64,000 bases of DNA. Origin: Felis catus. Lineage: Eukaryota. A program made the translations under genes and the position numbers. The notes under the pieces are model-generated. The model was not told the DNA's origin, did no database searches, and was given only the letters and a program-made list of their open reading frames with translations. Numbering within the stretch: position 1 is the first letter of the stretch; each line of letters starts with the position of its first letter. This document shows, one piece after another, positions 1-12,309 of the stretch. The stretch is from NCBI RefSeq assembly GCF_018350175.1, contig NC_058368.1, forward strand, positions 19,284,001 to 19,348,000, in the 5' to 3' direction.

Positions 1-623
1 CAAGATAAAAAGATTTTGCACAGCAAAGGGAATAATCAACAAAACTAAAAGGCAACCAACAGAATGGGAAAAGATTTGTAAATGACATATTGGATAAAGT
101 GTTAGTATCCAAAATATAAAGAATTTACCAAACTGAACACCTGAAAAACAAATAATCCAGTGAAGAAATAGGCAGAAGGCATGATTAGACACTTTTCCAA
201 AGAAGACATCTAGATGGCCAACAGACACCTGAAAAGATGCTCAACATCATTCATCATCAGGGAAATACAAATTGAAACCACATTGAGATATCACCTGACA
301 CCAGTCAGAATGGCTAAAATGAACAACTCAGGAAACAACAGATGTTGGCAAGGATGTGGAAAAGGGGAACCCTCTTGCACTGTTGGTGGGAATGCAAACA
401 AGTGCAGCCACTCTGGAAAACAGTACGGAGGTTCCTCAAAAAATTAAAAATTGAACTACCTTATGACCCAGCAATTGCACTACTAGGAATTTATCCAAAG
501 GATATAGGAGTACTGAATCGTAGGGGCACATGTATCACAATGTTTATAGCAGTGTTATCGACAATATCCAGATTATGGAAAAAACCCAAATGCCCATCAA
601 CTGATGAATGGATAAAGAAGATA

Positions 624-663
<40 letters not shown>

Positions 664-1130
664 CTTGTATATACACACACACACACACAATAGCATACTG
701 CTCAGTGATGAAAAAGAATGAAATCTTAACATTTGCAACAACGTGGATGGAACTGGAGGGTATTATACTAAGTGAAATAAATCAGTCAGAAAAAAAGACA
801 GATACCATATGTTTTCATTCATATGCGGAATTTGAAAAACTTAACAGAATACCATAGGGAAAGGGAAGGAAAAATGTTATAAACAGAGAGGGAGGCAAAC
901 CATAAGAGACTCTTAAATACAGAGAACAAACTGAGGGTTGATGGAGGTGGGGGGATGGGAGGGCAGAGAAAATGGGTGATGGACATTGAGGAGGGTACTT
1001 GTTGGGATGAGCACTGGGTGTTGTATGTAAGTGATGAATCACGGGAATCCACTCCCAAACCAAGACTACGCTGTATACACTGTATGTTAGCTAAATTGAC
1101 AATCAATTATTTAAAAAAAGAAGAAAAGAA
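1..1130 (+). mobile_element. Carnivore/felid L1, 3' portion (ORF2 C-terminus, 3' UTR, A-rich tail), inserted into an older L1
   Basis: ORF2 remnants [33 protein letters not shown]; frameshifted. Confidence 0.92.
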
Positions 1131-1139
1131 ATACAAGAG

Positions 1140-4100
1140 GTCTTGTATTTCTTTTTCTTGCCTGAGTGCTGTGGCTAGGACTTTCAATATTATTTTGTAT
1201 AAATGTAGTCAGAGTAGACATCTTTGTTTTGTTCCTGATCTTAGAGGAAAACCTCTCATTTTTTCACCAGTAAGAAGTTAGTTGTGGATTTATCCACAAA
1301 TGGATCATATATGGCCATTATTATGTTGAGGTATGCTCTCTCTAAACCTACTTTGTTGAGAGTTTTTATCATGAATGAATGTTTTACTTTGTCTAATGTT
1401 TTTTCTGCATCTATTGAGATGGTCATATAGTTTTTATCCTTTCTCTTATTAAGGTGATATACAATATTGATGGATTTATGAATATTGAACTATCCTTGCA
1501 TCCGTGGAATAAATCCCACTTGATCATCGTTAGTGAATTTTTTAATGTATTATTGGATTTGATTTACAGATATTTTATTGAGGCTTTTTGCATCTGAGTT
1601 TATCAGAGTTGTTGGCTATAGTTCTCTTTTCTGCAGTGTCTTTATCTAGTTTTGGTATCAGGGTAATGGTGGTCTTGTAGAATGAATTTGGATGTTTCCT
1701 TTTTTCTATTTTTTTTTTTTTTTTGGAATAGATTGAGAAGAATAGGGATTAACTCTTCTTTAAATGTTTGGGAGAATTCACCTGTGAATCCTTCGGGTCC
1801 TAGACTTCTGTATTTTTGGAATTTTTTTGATTACTGATTGAATTTTGCTGCTAGTAATCAATCTGTTCGAATTTCCTATTTTTTCCTAATTCGGTTTTAG
1901 GAGGTTGTTTCCAGGTGTTTATCCATTTTTCTAGGTTGTCCAACTTGTTGGCATATAATTTTTCATAATATTCTTCAAAAACCTTTGTATTTCTGTGGTA
2001 TCTGTTATTTCTCCTCCTTCATTTCTAATTTTATTTATTTCTCACTCTTCTTTTTTTGATGTGTTTGCCTAAAGGTTTATGAATTCTGTTGATCTTTTCC
2101 AAGAAGCAGCTGCTGGTCTCATTGATCTGTTCTATTGTTTTTGTTTGTTCATTTTTGTTTTCTTTTGTTTTGGTTGTTAGTCTCTATTTCATTTATTTTT
2201 GCTCTTTGTTATTTCCTTCCTTCTTCTGGCTTTGGCCTTTGTTTTTCTTTTCTAGTGCCTTTAGATATGAGGTTAGGTTGTTTATTTGCAATTTTTCTTG
2301 CATCTTGAAGTAGGCCCTTGTTGGTATAATCTTTCCTCTTACAACAGTTTTGCTGCATCCCAAAGATGTTGGACCCTTGTGTTCACATTTTCATTTGTCT
2401 CCATTTTTAAAAATTTCCTCTTTGATTTCTTGGATGATCCATTCATTTTCTAGTAGCATGTTATTTAACCTCCATGTATTTGTGTGTTTCCAGATCTTTT
2501 CTTGTGATTGATAACTAGTTTCAAACCATTGTGGTCAGAAAAGACACATGATATGATTCAATTTTTTTTAATTTATTGAGTCTTGTTTTGTGGCCTAACA
2601 TATGAACTATTCTGGAGAATTTTTCATGTGCCCTTGAGAAGATTATGTATTCTGCTGTTTTTTGATGGAATGTTCTGAAGATATCTCTTAGGTCCATCTG
2701 GTCTAATGTGTTATTCAAAGCCACTATTTTGTTGTTGATTCTCTATCCAGATGATCTATCTATTGATGTAAGTGGGTGCTAAAGTCCCCTACTATTATTG
2801 TATTGGTGTCAGTTTCTTCCCTTATATCTGTTAATAGCTGCTTTATGTATTTAGGTTGTTTCCAGGTTGGGTTCATAAATATTTACAATTGTTATATCTT
2901 CTTGTTGGATTGTTCTCTTTATCACTATGTAGCGTCCATTGCCTTATTATAGTCTTTTTTAAAAAAGTCTATTTTCTCCAATATGAGTATTGCTACCCTT
3001 GTTACCTTTTCACTTCCATTTGCATGGTAAATGTTTTTTTCTCTCTTCACTTTTGGTGTGTATTTAGGCCTGGCAGTAGTCTCTTGTAGGCAGCATAGAG
3101 ATTGGTCTTGCTTTTTTTCCATTCCATCATTCTATATATTTTGAATCAAGTGTTTAATTCATTTACATCCAAAGTGATTAATGATAGGGATGTACTTACT
3201 GCCATTTTGTTATTGGATTCATGGTTGTTTTTATAGTTTTTCTCTGTTCATTTCTTCTCTTTCTCTTTTCCCCTGTGGTTTGGTGGCTTATTTAATGGTA
3301 TGCTTAGATTCTTTTTTCCTTATTTTTTGCATATCTATTACAGGTTTTTGATTTGTGGTTACCAGTATGCTCATGTATAACATTTTACGTATACAGCAGT
3401 CTATATATTAAGTTGATGGTCACTTAAATTTGAACCCTTTCTAGAAACACTACTCTTTTTTCAACTCCCACCATTTTATGTATATGATGTCATACTTTAT
3501 ATCCTTTTATTTTGTGAAATCCTTGACTAATTTTTATAGATTTAATTGACTTTACTGCTTTTGTGCTTTAACCTCTGTACTGGCTTTATAAGTGTCAATC
3601 TACTACTTTTATTATGTTTGTATTTGCCTGTGGAATTTTTTTCCTTTCATAATTCTCTTATTCTTGATAATGGCCTTTTATTTTCGCTTAAAGAACTCTC
3701 TTAATGTTTCTTGTAAGTCTGGTTCACTTTTGTTTGTCTGGGAGACTCTTGATGTCTCCTTTTCTGAATGACAGCCTTGGTGGGTAGAATATTCTCGATT
3801 GCAGGCTTAGTAATTTCAGCACTTAGAATATATCATTCTACTCCCTTCTGCCTGAAGAGTTTCTTCTGAAAAATCAGCTGATAGCCTTATGGGGTTTCCC
3901 TTGTACATAACTGTTTTCTTTTGCTGCTTTTAAATTTTTGTCTTTATGACTACATTTTGTAATTTTAGTTACTATGTGTCTTGGTATGGACCTTCTTGGG
4001 TTGATTTTGTTGGGGCCTTTTGTGCTTTCTGGATCTGGATGTCTGTTTCCATCTCCAGTTTCAGGAAGTTTTCAGCTATTATTTTTTCAAGTAAGTTTTC

Positions 4101-6150
4101 TGCCCCCTTTTCTCTCTCTTGTCCTTCTGGGATTCCTGTAATGCAAATGTTATTTTGCATGATGATGTCACAGAATTCCCATAACCTATTCTTTTTTTAT
4201 TCTTCTTTTTACCTCTTGCTGTTCAGTTTGGTTGTTTTCTATTACTCTTTCAGCTCACTGATCCATTCTTCTGCCTTCTCTAATCTGCTATTGATTCCCT
4301 TTAGTGTATTTTTCATGTCAGTTATTCATTTCTTCATCTCTGGTTGGTTGTTTTTAATATTTTATATCTCTTTCTTGAAGGTCCCCCTGAGGTCCTCCAC
4401 TCTTTTCTCAAGTCCAGTAAGTATATTTATGACCATTATTTTGAATTCTGTATCAGGAATATTGCTTGTCTTTCATTTAGCTCTTTTGTTGTGGTTTTGT
4501 CCTATTCTTTCATTTGGGACACAGTTCTCAGTCTCATTTTGTCTAACTCATTGTGTCTATGTATCAGAAAAGTCAGCTATGTCTCTTTATCTTCAAAGTA
4601 GTAACCTTATGAAAGAGAAGTCCTGTGGTGCCCTGTAGTGCAATGTCCCATTTACCAGAACCAGGCACTCTGGTTTCCTGTATGGGTTGTGTGCACCTTA
4701 TTGTCATGGCTGAGCCTGGGTTGCCCTCAGTCTAGTCATCTGCAATGGCCCATTTTGTTGTAGGCAGGGTTTGGACCCTGTACTGTTAAGGAGCCAGTTT
4801 GGAGTTGCTATGGGCTTCTAGTTAGGCGGTGTCAGTAGCCAGACCAGATGCCTGCCCTCAGCCCATTTGCTGTCACTGCTGTCACTCCAAACTGCAGGGC
4901 ATTCTCCCCACCTTGTCCCCTGAGAAGCTTTCATTGGTGATGGGGCCTGCAGTCAAACCGGATGCCTGTCCACCGTCTGTCTTTTGGGGTTACGGTAGCG
5001 CCAACCTGTGGGGTGTTCTGTCTCTTCCCCAAGAGGATTTTGTTGGTGGATGGGGCCAGCAGTTAGACCAGATGCCTGTCCCCAATCTACCAGGGCTGCA
5101 GCCTCCCAAACTGCAGGGCTTTCCCTGTGTACTGCACCTTGAGAGGTTTTTGCTGGTGGGTGGGGCCAGCAGTCAGATCAGACGCCTGTCCCCAGTCCAC
5201 CTGCTGGGGCTACAGACACACTGATTGGCAGGGCACTCTCTCTGCACTGCCAGTTATAGGGTTTGGTTGCTGGCACTGCAAGTGTAGTGGTGTGTGTGTT
5301 TCTCTTTCCCTCTCCCCAAGGCAGGAGCCACTTTAGAGTGGCACCAATTCCTGCCAGAGCTGCTTGCAGGATGAGAGGAGGCAGGAGGAACTTTGGAGGA
5401 ACCTCTGCTGAGTGGGGCAGGTTAGAGGGATCCTCAGGAGAAGGTGGGGATGGGGCACGTGGTGTTAGCAAGGTAGGTGGAGTGTCCATGCTGGTATCCG
5501 CAGGTGTCCAGGTGTCTATGCTGGGAGGGCAGGGGAGAGAAATGGTTCTCTACTAGATATTTGTTCTTGGAGAAGTTGCCTAAAGATCCCTGCTCTCCAG
5601 CACACACTCTGAGATTAGTAAATAAATCTCCTTCAGAAAAATCCCAGACACTTTTGAACTGCTGCTTCTGTGCTTCTCTTGGTGGGATTGTCATTCTGTT
5701 TCTTCAAGGGTAGGGACTCAGTTTCAGATTGTCCTCTTGCTCTCAAAGAGCTAAGCCTGCTGGTCCTTGAAGAACTTGGAATTAAGCTCCACAGTTTAAA
5801 AGGTCAGTAAGGTAAGCCCAGCTGGTTTTCAAAGCCAAATGTTATGGGGATTCATCTTCCCAGTGCAGGTCTGCTGTGCCTGTGGTGCCTGTTGTGGGGG
5901 CTGCTCCTCTCTCTTCTTCCTCCCATTAGTGGTAAGTCTCACTGGGAGTGTGGTTCTTGACCACATCTCCACCTCTCCCACTCTTTTCAGTGTGGTCTCC
6001 TCCCTATGATTAACTGTGGAAAGTCTGTTCTGCCAGACTTTGGGTTGTTTTCTGGGTTAGTTGCACTGATGGGGCTGTTACCTAGGTGTGCCTGTGGGAT
6101 GAGGTAAACTCAGAATCCTCATACTCCTCCTTCTACACCATCTGCCCGGA
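1140..6150 (-). mobile_element. Older degenerate L1, 5' half (5' UTR, ORF1, inter-ORF spacer, ORF2 endonuclease to RT)
   Basis: Remnants CCLQET, LDQMDLRDIFRTFH…FSRIVHMLGHK (endonuclease) and NICITGIPEGQERE…IIAENF (ORF1); many stops. Confidence 0.9.
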
Positions 6151-8404
6151 AGTCTGGTTGGTATTTTCTTACGTTTTCTATCTACTTAAGTTCTCACTGT
6201 GCTCATCCATTTTTGTTCCATTTTCAGTCAGCACCTTTATGACTATTACTTTGAACTCTTTATCACGTACCTACTTATACCCATTTCATTAAGGTCTTTT
6301 TCTGAGGTTTTATCTTATTCTTTCATTTGGAACATATTCTTCTATAGGAGATTATTTCTGATGAAGTTTATCACTTACCCGCCAAAGACAACTATCTACT
6401 TTTCTCTTTCTCTGAGACAAGGGCCAAATTAGCTTAACTTTGAATGGTAAAGTTGGCTTTTGATTAGAGCCACAGAAAACTGTGCTAGGTAGATGGTGAA
6501 CAGGTTACACACTGATATTATTTCACTGTTACATTAATTTAGATGCATGATATATTGGGAAAGAACATCACTGGAACGCAAATCTTTCTGTTCATAGTGT
6601 TTTTCTCTAATTTTCACCTTCTTTTTGTCTGTTTCGGTTTTAGTCTGACACTGTAGGGAAATTCACTGTGAAGTAAGGAACAAGTGAGCATGTGCCCTCT
6701 GTCCTCAAAAGTTGGCATGCAAGCCTGTGAACCTGGAAAGAGAACAAAGCTTTCTAATATGGTAAACCAAGAAAATGTAGATTAAGAAGCCTGGTTTCCT
6801 CTTCTTTGCATCAGCACATAACAGCTGTCAGATACCACTGAATAATCTACTCCTCCTGTTCCTGAAAGGTAGATGTCATTATGAAAGCATTTCCAAAAGG
6901 AAATATGTTTTAATTTGGGACAATGGCACAAATGAAGTGGTAATGCAACAATAAAAGAGACACTTTAAAAAGTACAGTATTTGCATTTGTGATTTTTTTT
7001 TTTTTTTTGTCCCACCTCATTCCATTCTCTCTGGTGGTCCTTGAACCTTCACCAGCAGGCTGATATCCTGATAAACTCTACAAGGAAGAAGTAAAACAAT
7101 GTAAAAGGCAAGGTGGGTGTGGCCGCGAAAGAGGTCATGGTGAACCAGAAGTGCAGCTACTCAAATGTATGCAGATAAGGCATTAGGTTCTAGGGCTGAA
7201 AGGAAGTACACCAGATTGAGGACTGCCCACATGATACCTGATGACAGACTTCCAGGGAAAGAGCCCAACCTTTAGGTTTTTCTGCTTAGCCCTCGCTTCC
7301 AAACAAAGCGAGCTGCAAGACCAGTCGTAACATCAAGCAGTAGAAAGTTTTCCTTCCTTTGGGAAAAGCTAGTAAAAGCATCTCTCTATGCCCTCTTCTT
7401 GCCGAAAGGGCCAGCTTTCTCCTGAGGTCCCTGCTGTCAGAGAAGAGTTGCAAAGGCTGTGATGGCATCGTGCATAATGGCCATTAGAATAAAAATAGGA
7501 GTCTCTGTCCATCTAATTCTGCAAGAGTTAATTCCCTTCCCTGAGCCTCCCATTCTTCACCTGAAAAAGGGTGGTAGGCAGATTGAACCAGAAAACAAAA
7601 GATTTATTTCTAAAAGACTTATTTTTTTCTACTTCCTTTACTTCGTTCTTCCAATTAAAAAACTTAAGCACTAAAAACAGTCTAGTCTACCTGCTTTCCA
7701 TATACCTGAGATTAATTCACATACTTTCTGAGTAACATGATAAAGTCATCTTTAGAAACATATACACACTGGTTTCAGAAGGACACCCTCTGGGGTCTTG
7801 GCTGCCAGTCTGGTCCAGGCACACACGGTCAGAACCTTAATGCCAGTCAGCGTCCTTATCAGCATTCACTACCCATGTTCTAGATGATACTCTCTCAGGA
7901 GACAATACTTTCCTTTCTAAAATGTATACTCTTTGCTCCAAACAATGAGTATATGAATAGGTCTTCATTTGACTACCTGAACAATCAGCTTCTTATATTA
8001 TTTATCCAAAGCAGAATCAACTCACCTAATTTGTGTCAAGTCACCAGGACTCTTTGTTGCATAAAAAACATTAAGATATCACCCAACTCTAGCATGAAAG
8101 GTTCTTCTGAAATCTCTTGTGGCATCAGCATTTTCTAGGTAGTCTAGTACATACCAGTCAAAATTGACTTGATCTGCCAAACATGAAACTCATTCAGTAC
8201 TGCCCCTGTAGGAGTCAAATTCTTATTTACAACTTAATAAACAAAGTTAGCTTTGTTCCAGCCCTTATTATAGTTGAGACTTCCAAATTTACTTCATGTC
8301 CGACACTGCCAACCAAGTGTTCAAAGCACTTAATACGTACAAGTCACATCTTGTCCTTTCACATCCACATGAGAGACCAAGCCCTATTTCACTCTTGTTT
8401 AAAT

Positions 8405-8410
8405 TTTATT
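8405..8410 (-). terminator. Likely THSD1 polyadenylation signal AATAAA (3' UTR about 260 nt)
   Basis: tttatt on + strand; first AATAAA seen after the stop codon, with GT-rich sequence downstream. Confidence 0.65.
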
Positions 8411-8643
8411 ATTGTGGTTATTAGTAATAAACCAATAGAACTAGGATAACAAAGGGAAACGTTCAAGATAAGTAACTTCTTCCTTATGAATTAAAACACA
8501 TGCACACACTTGAGTTACTCCCTCCCCACCCAATCCTGATGTACAGACAGCTATACAAAACAGTCCGTAGAGCTCTGTGAGCAGCTGATACCAGGAGCTG
8601 GGCAAAGGACCCCAGCTGTATGAAGTCTCAGGCTGACGTGGGT

Positions 8644-10013
8644 CTAGATGACTAACTTCTCCACACTGAGAGTACTCGTGGTTTCATCCTCTTCATTTGA
8701 CCCAAAATAGCCCGGGAGGTCCAGCATCCTCTGCTCAGCCTCAGTGAGGCCAAATGACGTATTATCATAGAAGGCAAACTCAGGGTGGGCTGGGAAACTC
8801 TGACACTTGTCTTTTCTACCCTGAGAAGGGCTCAGGGGGCTGACCCTCTGGTAGCTGTCTTTGGGGGCAGTGGGGGAAGGCTGCTTCCTTGAGACACTCC
8901 TGTGACTGGGGGACGGTCCCCTCCGAGATCTGTGAGGCTCTGTTCTCTCGCCTCCTACCACGAAGCTTGCCTGGCTGTCCCCCAGGTCTGGTTTCCTCAC
9001 GGGCTGCCCCAGGGTGTAGGACTTAGGGGCAGGGCTCAACGGACCTCTGGTTGCACCCGCCCCTTCCGGTTTCTCGGGAAACGGGGCGGCGCCTCGACTG
9101 TGAGGCCGAAATCTGTCTTCCGCCTGGTCCCAGGTCCGCGTCCTAGAACTGTAGGCCGGGGCCTGGCGTGGAGTCAGCGTGGACATGCTCCTCTCCCGGA
9201 ACGGCCGGGCCTGCTTGGCTTCGTGAAAACTAGCGGTCCTCCTGAAGTGGGAGCCCCTGGGGTGGCTCCTCTCCGGCAGCGCCCCTCTGCCGCCCACGTG
9301 CCTCGTGGCTGACTTGCGGATCACCGTCTGGCTGGGGCTGACGGCGCAACCGGCCTGACACGCCGGGTGGTCGGGCCTGGAGGGGGGCCTGGCCGCGGCC
9401 CCGCCCGCCGGCTGCTCCAGAAACGGGGATTTGATCCGGAACTTGTTTGCCGCGGCTTCGTCTGGGCTTTCCACGTCTAAGGGGGGCACGGCGGCGGCGT
9501 CGATGGCCGTGTCTGTCAGGGGACTCTGAGACACGTGGTACACCTTGGTGGTTTCCGTCAGGCCCTTCTTCTTCATCTCCTTCAGCTGCTGCTGGGCCAG
9601 GCGGTAGCTGAACAGCGGGGGGATGATCTTCTGGGCGTTGGACTGCACGCTCTCGCTGCCAGAGGCGTCGTCCTCGGGAGCCGCGGGCACACTGCGCCTG
9701 TAGGTCAGGGGGATGCCCGCGTCCCCCGGGCCCCCCGCGGGCCCGTCGCCCCCGTCCGAGAAGCTGCCGCGCTGCTCGCTCAGCTCGCAGATGTTCTCCT
9801 CGTCCGAGTTCTTCCGGAAGCTGGGGGAGTGGATGGAGTTGTGTCGAGCCGGCGTGCGGCACTTCGGGGTGCGGCCGAACTTCCGCCACAGCGTGATGAG
9901 GACGGTGGCGAGGATGATGAACAAGCACAGGGAAATCCCCGTGACGGTCACGATGTTGTTGGACTTCACCGGACCCTGGGGCTGAAGAGGGGATGCACTG
10001 GATGGCTGGAAAG
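8644..10013 (-). CDS. THSD1: THSD1 last coding exon (exon 5): juxtamembrane linker, transmembrane helix IVTVTGISLCLFIILATVLITLW, long cytoplasmic tail, TAG stop
   Basis: Translation matches recalled THSD1 C-terminus (…PEFAFYDNTSFGLTEAEQRMLDLPGYFGSNEEDETTSTLSVEKLVI*). Acceptor cttgtag|CTTTCC at 10014/10013, phase 1, 1370 nt. Confidence 0.97.
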
Positions 10014-10553
10014 CTACAAGACAAGGGAGAGCAAATGTATTCTCTGGTATTGATTCTCTGCGTGGTTTTAAGGTTCTGATGATCTAGCAGTTCTAGAAAA
10101 AAACGTAAAATAAACAAGGACTGGGATTTCGGGGCTTAACACACGTGTCTCTGCTGGCAGCTTAAACCAAACCAAACAAACAAACAAACAAACCCCAAAC
10201 AAAAAACAAAAACAATAACGACAACAACAACAACAAAACAAACAAAAAACACCAAGGCACACGGAAATGAGGTGAGCAGATAAACCACAATCAGGGGTGA
10301 CTTCGGGGCTCACTGGCTCCTGCTAACACGTGTCTCAAATGTTCCACATAGAAAGCAGCAGCATAAGGAAAGTGTCAGGGTAAGATCAAGATACGGTGAA
10401 CGCGGGATATCTATAGTTAAATGTACCTTTGAGATGCACATCAGAAAATTCCTATCAAGTATTAAAACCTGACATGCAAAATGATTCAGGCAGGTTGTAT
10501 CTCAGTTCGCATATCTGAAGAAATTAATAGGTGAAAATAAGTCTTTTGGCAAT

Positions 10554-10649
10554 AGCGAACGCTCCACGAATGTGTGTCATCCTTGCACAGGGGCCATGCT
10601 AATCTCTGTATGGTTCCAATTTTAGTACATGTGCTGCGGAGACAAGCAC
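10554..10649 (-). pseudogene. U6 snRNA retropseudogene in THSD1 intron 4
   Basis: Reverse complement gtgcttgtctccgcagcacatgtactaaaattggaaccatacagagattagcatggcccctgtgcaaggatgacac… matches U6 with substitutions and small deletions; flanking direct repeats. Confidence 0.92.
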
Positions 10650-11349
10650 GAGTCTTTAGGTAATGTAACGCAACTCCAGTTTCCCTTCTAATGTCAAAGA
10701 ACTTGCTTTCCTGGTTGAAGCCTCTTCTGCTCACTCTTCTCTTTCCAGCTGTCCTCTCCTCTTGCCTCCTTCCGTGGGGTGTTGATTTGTCTTTTTCTTC
10801 CCTGCTGTCTCCAACTGCTTTGTCCCATGGTCATCAAATGTTTCACCAAGCTTCAGACACCAGCTGGGGCCTCAGCCTGTACTGCCACTGAAATACCCAG
10901 GAAACTGAGACCACCTAATGCCACCAGGCCTCCCCTCTCTTACCTCTTTGTCACTGACCACCCTTCAGGGGCTTCCAGTCACCTGTCCTGTCCCATTGCC
11001 CCCCTAAGTCTTACCGCTACCAGCTCTGTGTGTCATGTCCATGAACCACTTTCCCACTGCTTCCCTGTCTTTTCTGCTCTCCCCCCCCACCCCCCCCCAC
11101 CAATGGGATAACCAAACTCCTCGGCATCCAGAACCTTTCCCTTTGCCTCCTTCCTTGCCTTACCTGAGGGGACTGGATCTCCTGAGGGGCACGGCTTCCC
11201 CTGCCCACCCTCTTGTGTGGAAGCTGTGATGCACACTTGTTTATAAGCAAACAAGACCAGCAGCACGGAGTGTTCCTCACTCTTCTCATTCCTGATTGCC
11301 ATTTTCAACTGTTTCACCTCCGGATCAAAATTCTACTTAAAAAAAAAAA

Positions 11350-12305
11350 AATTCTCTATGCTGTACTTTTCACTTCCATGACTTATTTATTTTATAACTG
11401 TAAAGTCTGTACCTCTTAATCTTCTTTATTTTGCCCATCTGCCCCACTCACCTCCTTTAGGCAACAAGCAGTCTGTTCTCTGTTTAAGAATTAATTTTTT
11501 TGTTTTGTTTTTTAGATTCTACAAATAAATGATACCAGGTGGTATTTGTCTCACTTATCTTAATACCTCTCCTTTATCCATTCCATCTACTGATGAGCAC
11601 TTGGGTTGCTTCCATATTTTGGCTATCGTAAATGCTGCTGCAATAAACATAGGGTGCATGTATCTTTTAGAATTAGTGTTCATTTTCTTTGGGTAAATAC
11701 TCAGCAGTGGAACTACTAGATCATATCATATTTCTATTTTTTTAATTTTTGAAGATCCTTCCTAGTATTTCTGCAGTAGCCGCATCAATTTACATTCCTA
11801 CCAACAGTGCACAAGATGCTCTCTTTTCTCCATATCCTCACCAACACTTACTATTTCTTGTCTTTTTCGTACTAGCCATTCTGTCTGCTGTGAGGTGATA
11901 TCTCATTGTGGTTTTTATTTGTATTTCCCTGATGATGAGTGATCTTGACCATCTCCTCATGGGTCTGTTGGCCATCTGTACGTCTTCTTTGTAAAACTGT
12001 CTATTCATGTCCTCTGCCCGTTTTGAATTGGATTCTTTGTTGTTGTTTTTTGTTTTTGTCTTTTCTTTTTTTTTTTTTTTTTGGTGTTGAGTTTTGTCAG
12101 TTCTTTATATTTTTTGGATATTCACCCCTTAGGAGATATATGCAAATATCTTCTATTCAGTAGGTTGCCCTTTGGTGTTGTTGATGGTTTCCTCTGTTGT
12201 GCAGCAAAAGCTTTTTATTTGTAGTCCCAATTGTTTATTTTTGCTTTTGTTTCCCTTGTCTGAGGATAAATATCCATAAATATGTTACTAAGAGTGATAT
12301 CCAAG
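11350..12305 (-). mobile_element. L1 3' fragment
   Basis: Typical antisense L1 text (gtgaggtgatatctcattgtggtttt, acattcctaccaacagtgcac). Confidence 0.85.
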
Positions 12306-12309
12306 GTGT

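Noticed and set aside
3946..4638. 230-aa hydrophobic ORF on the + strand
   Set aside because: Antisense reading of A-rich L1 ORF1
9230..10117. 295-aa alternative-frame ORF overlapping THSD1 exon 5, plus antisense ORFs at 8902-9312 and 9535-10053
   Set aside because: Shadow ORFs: G/C third positions become first positions and suppress stops; there is no internal Met, the start lies in the intron and no splice phase feeds it
10554..10649. Functional U6 gene
   Set aside because: Multiple substitutions and deletions, no T-run terminator, no recognisable upstream promoter, TSD present
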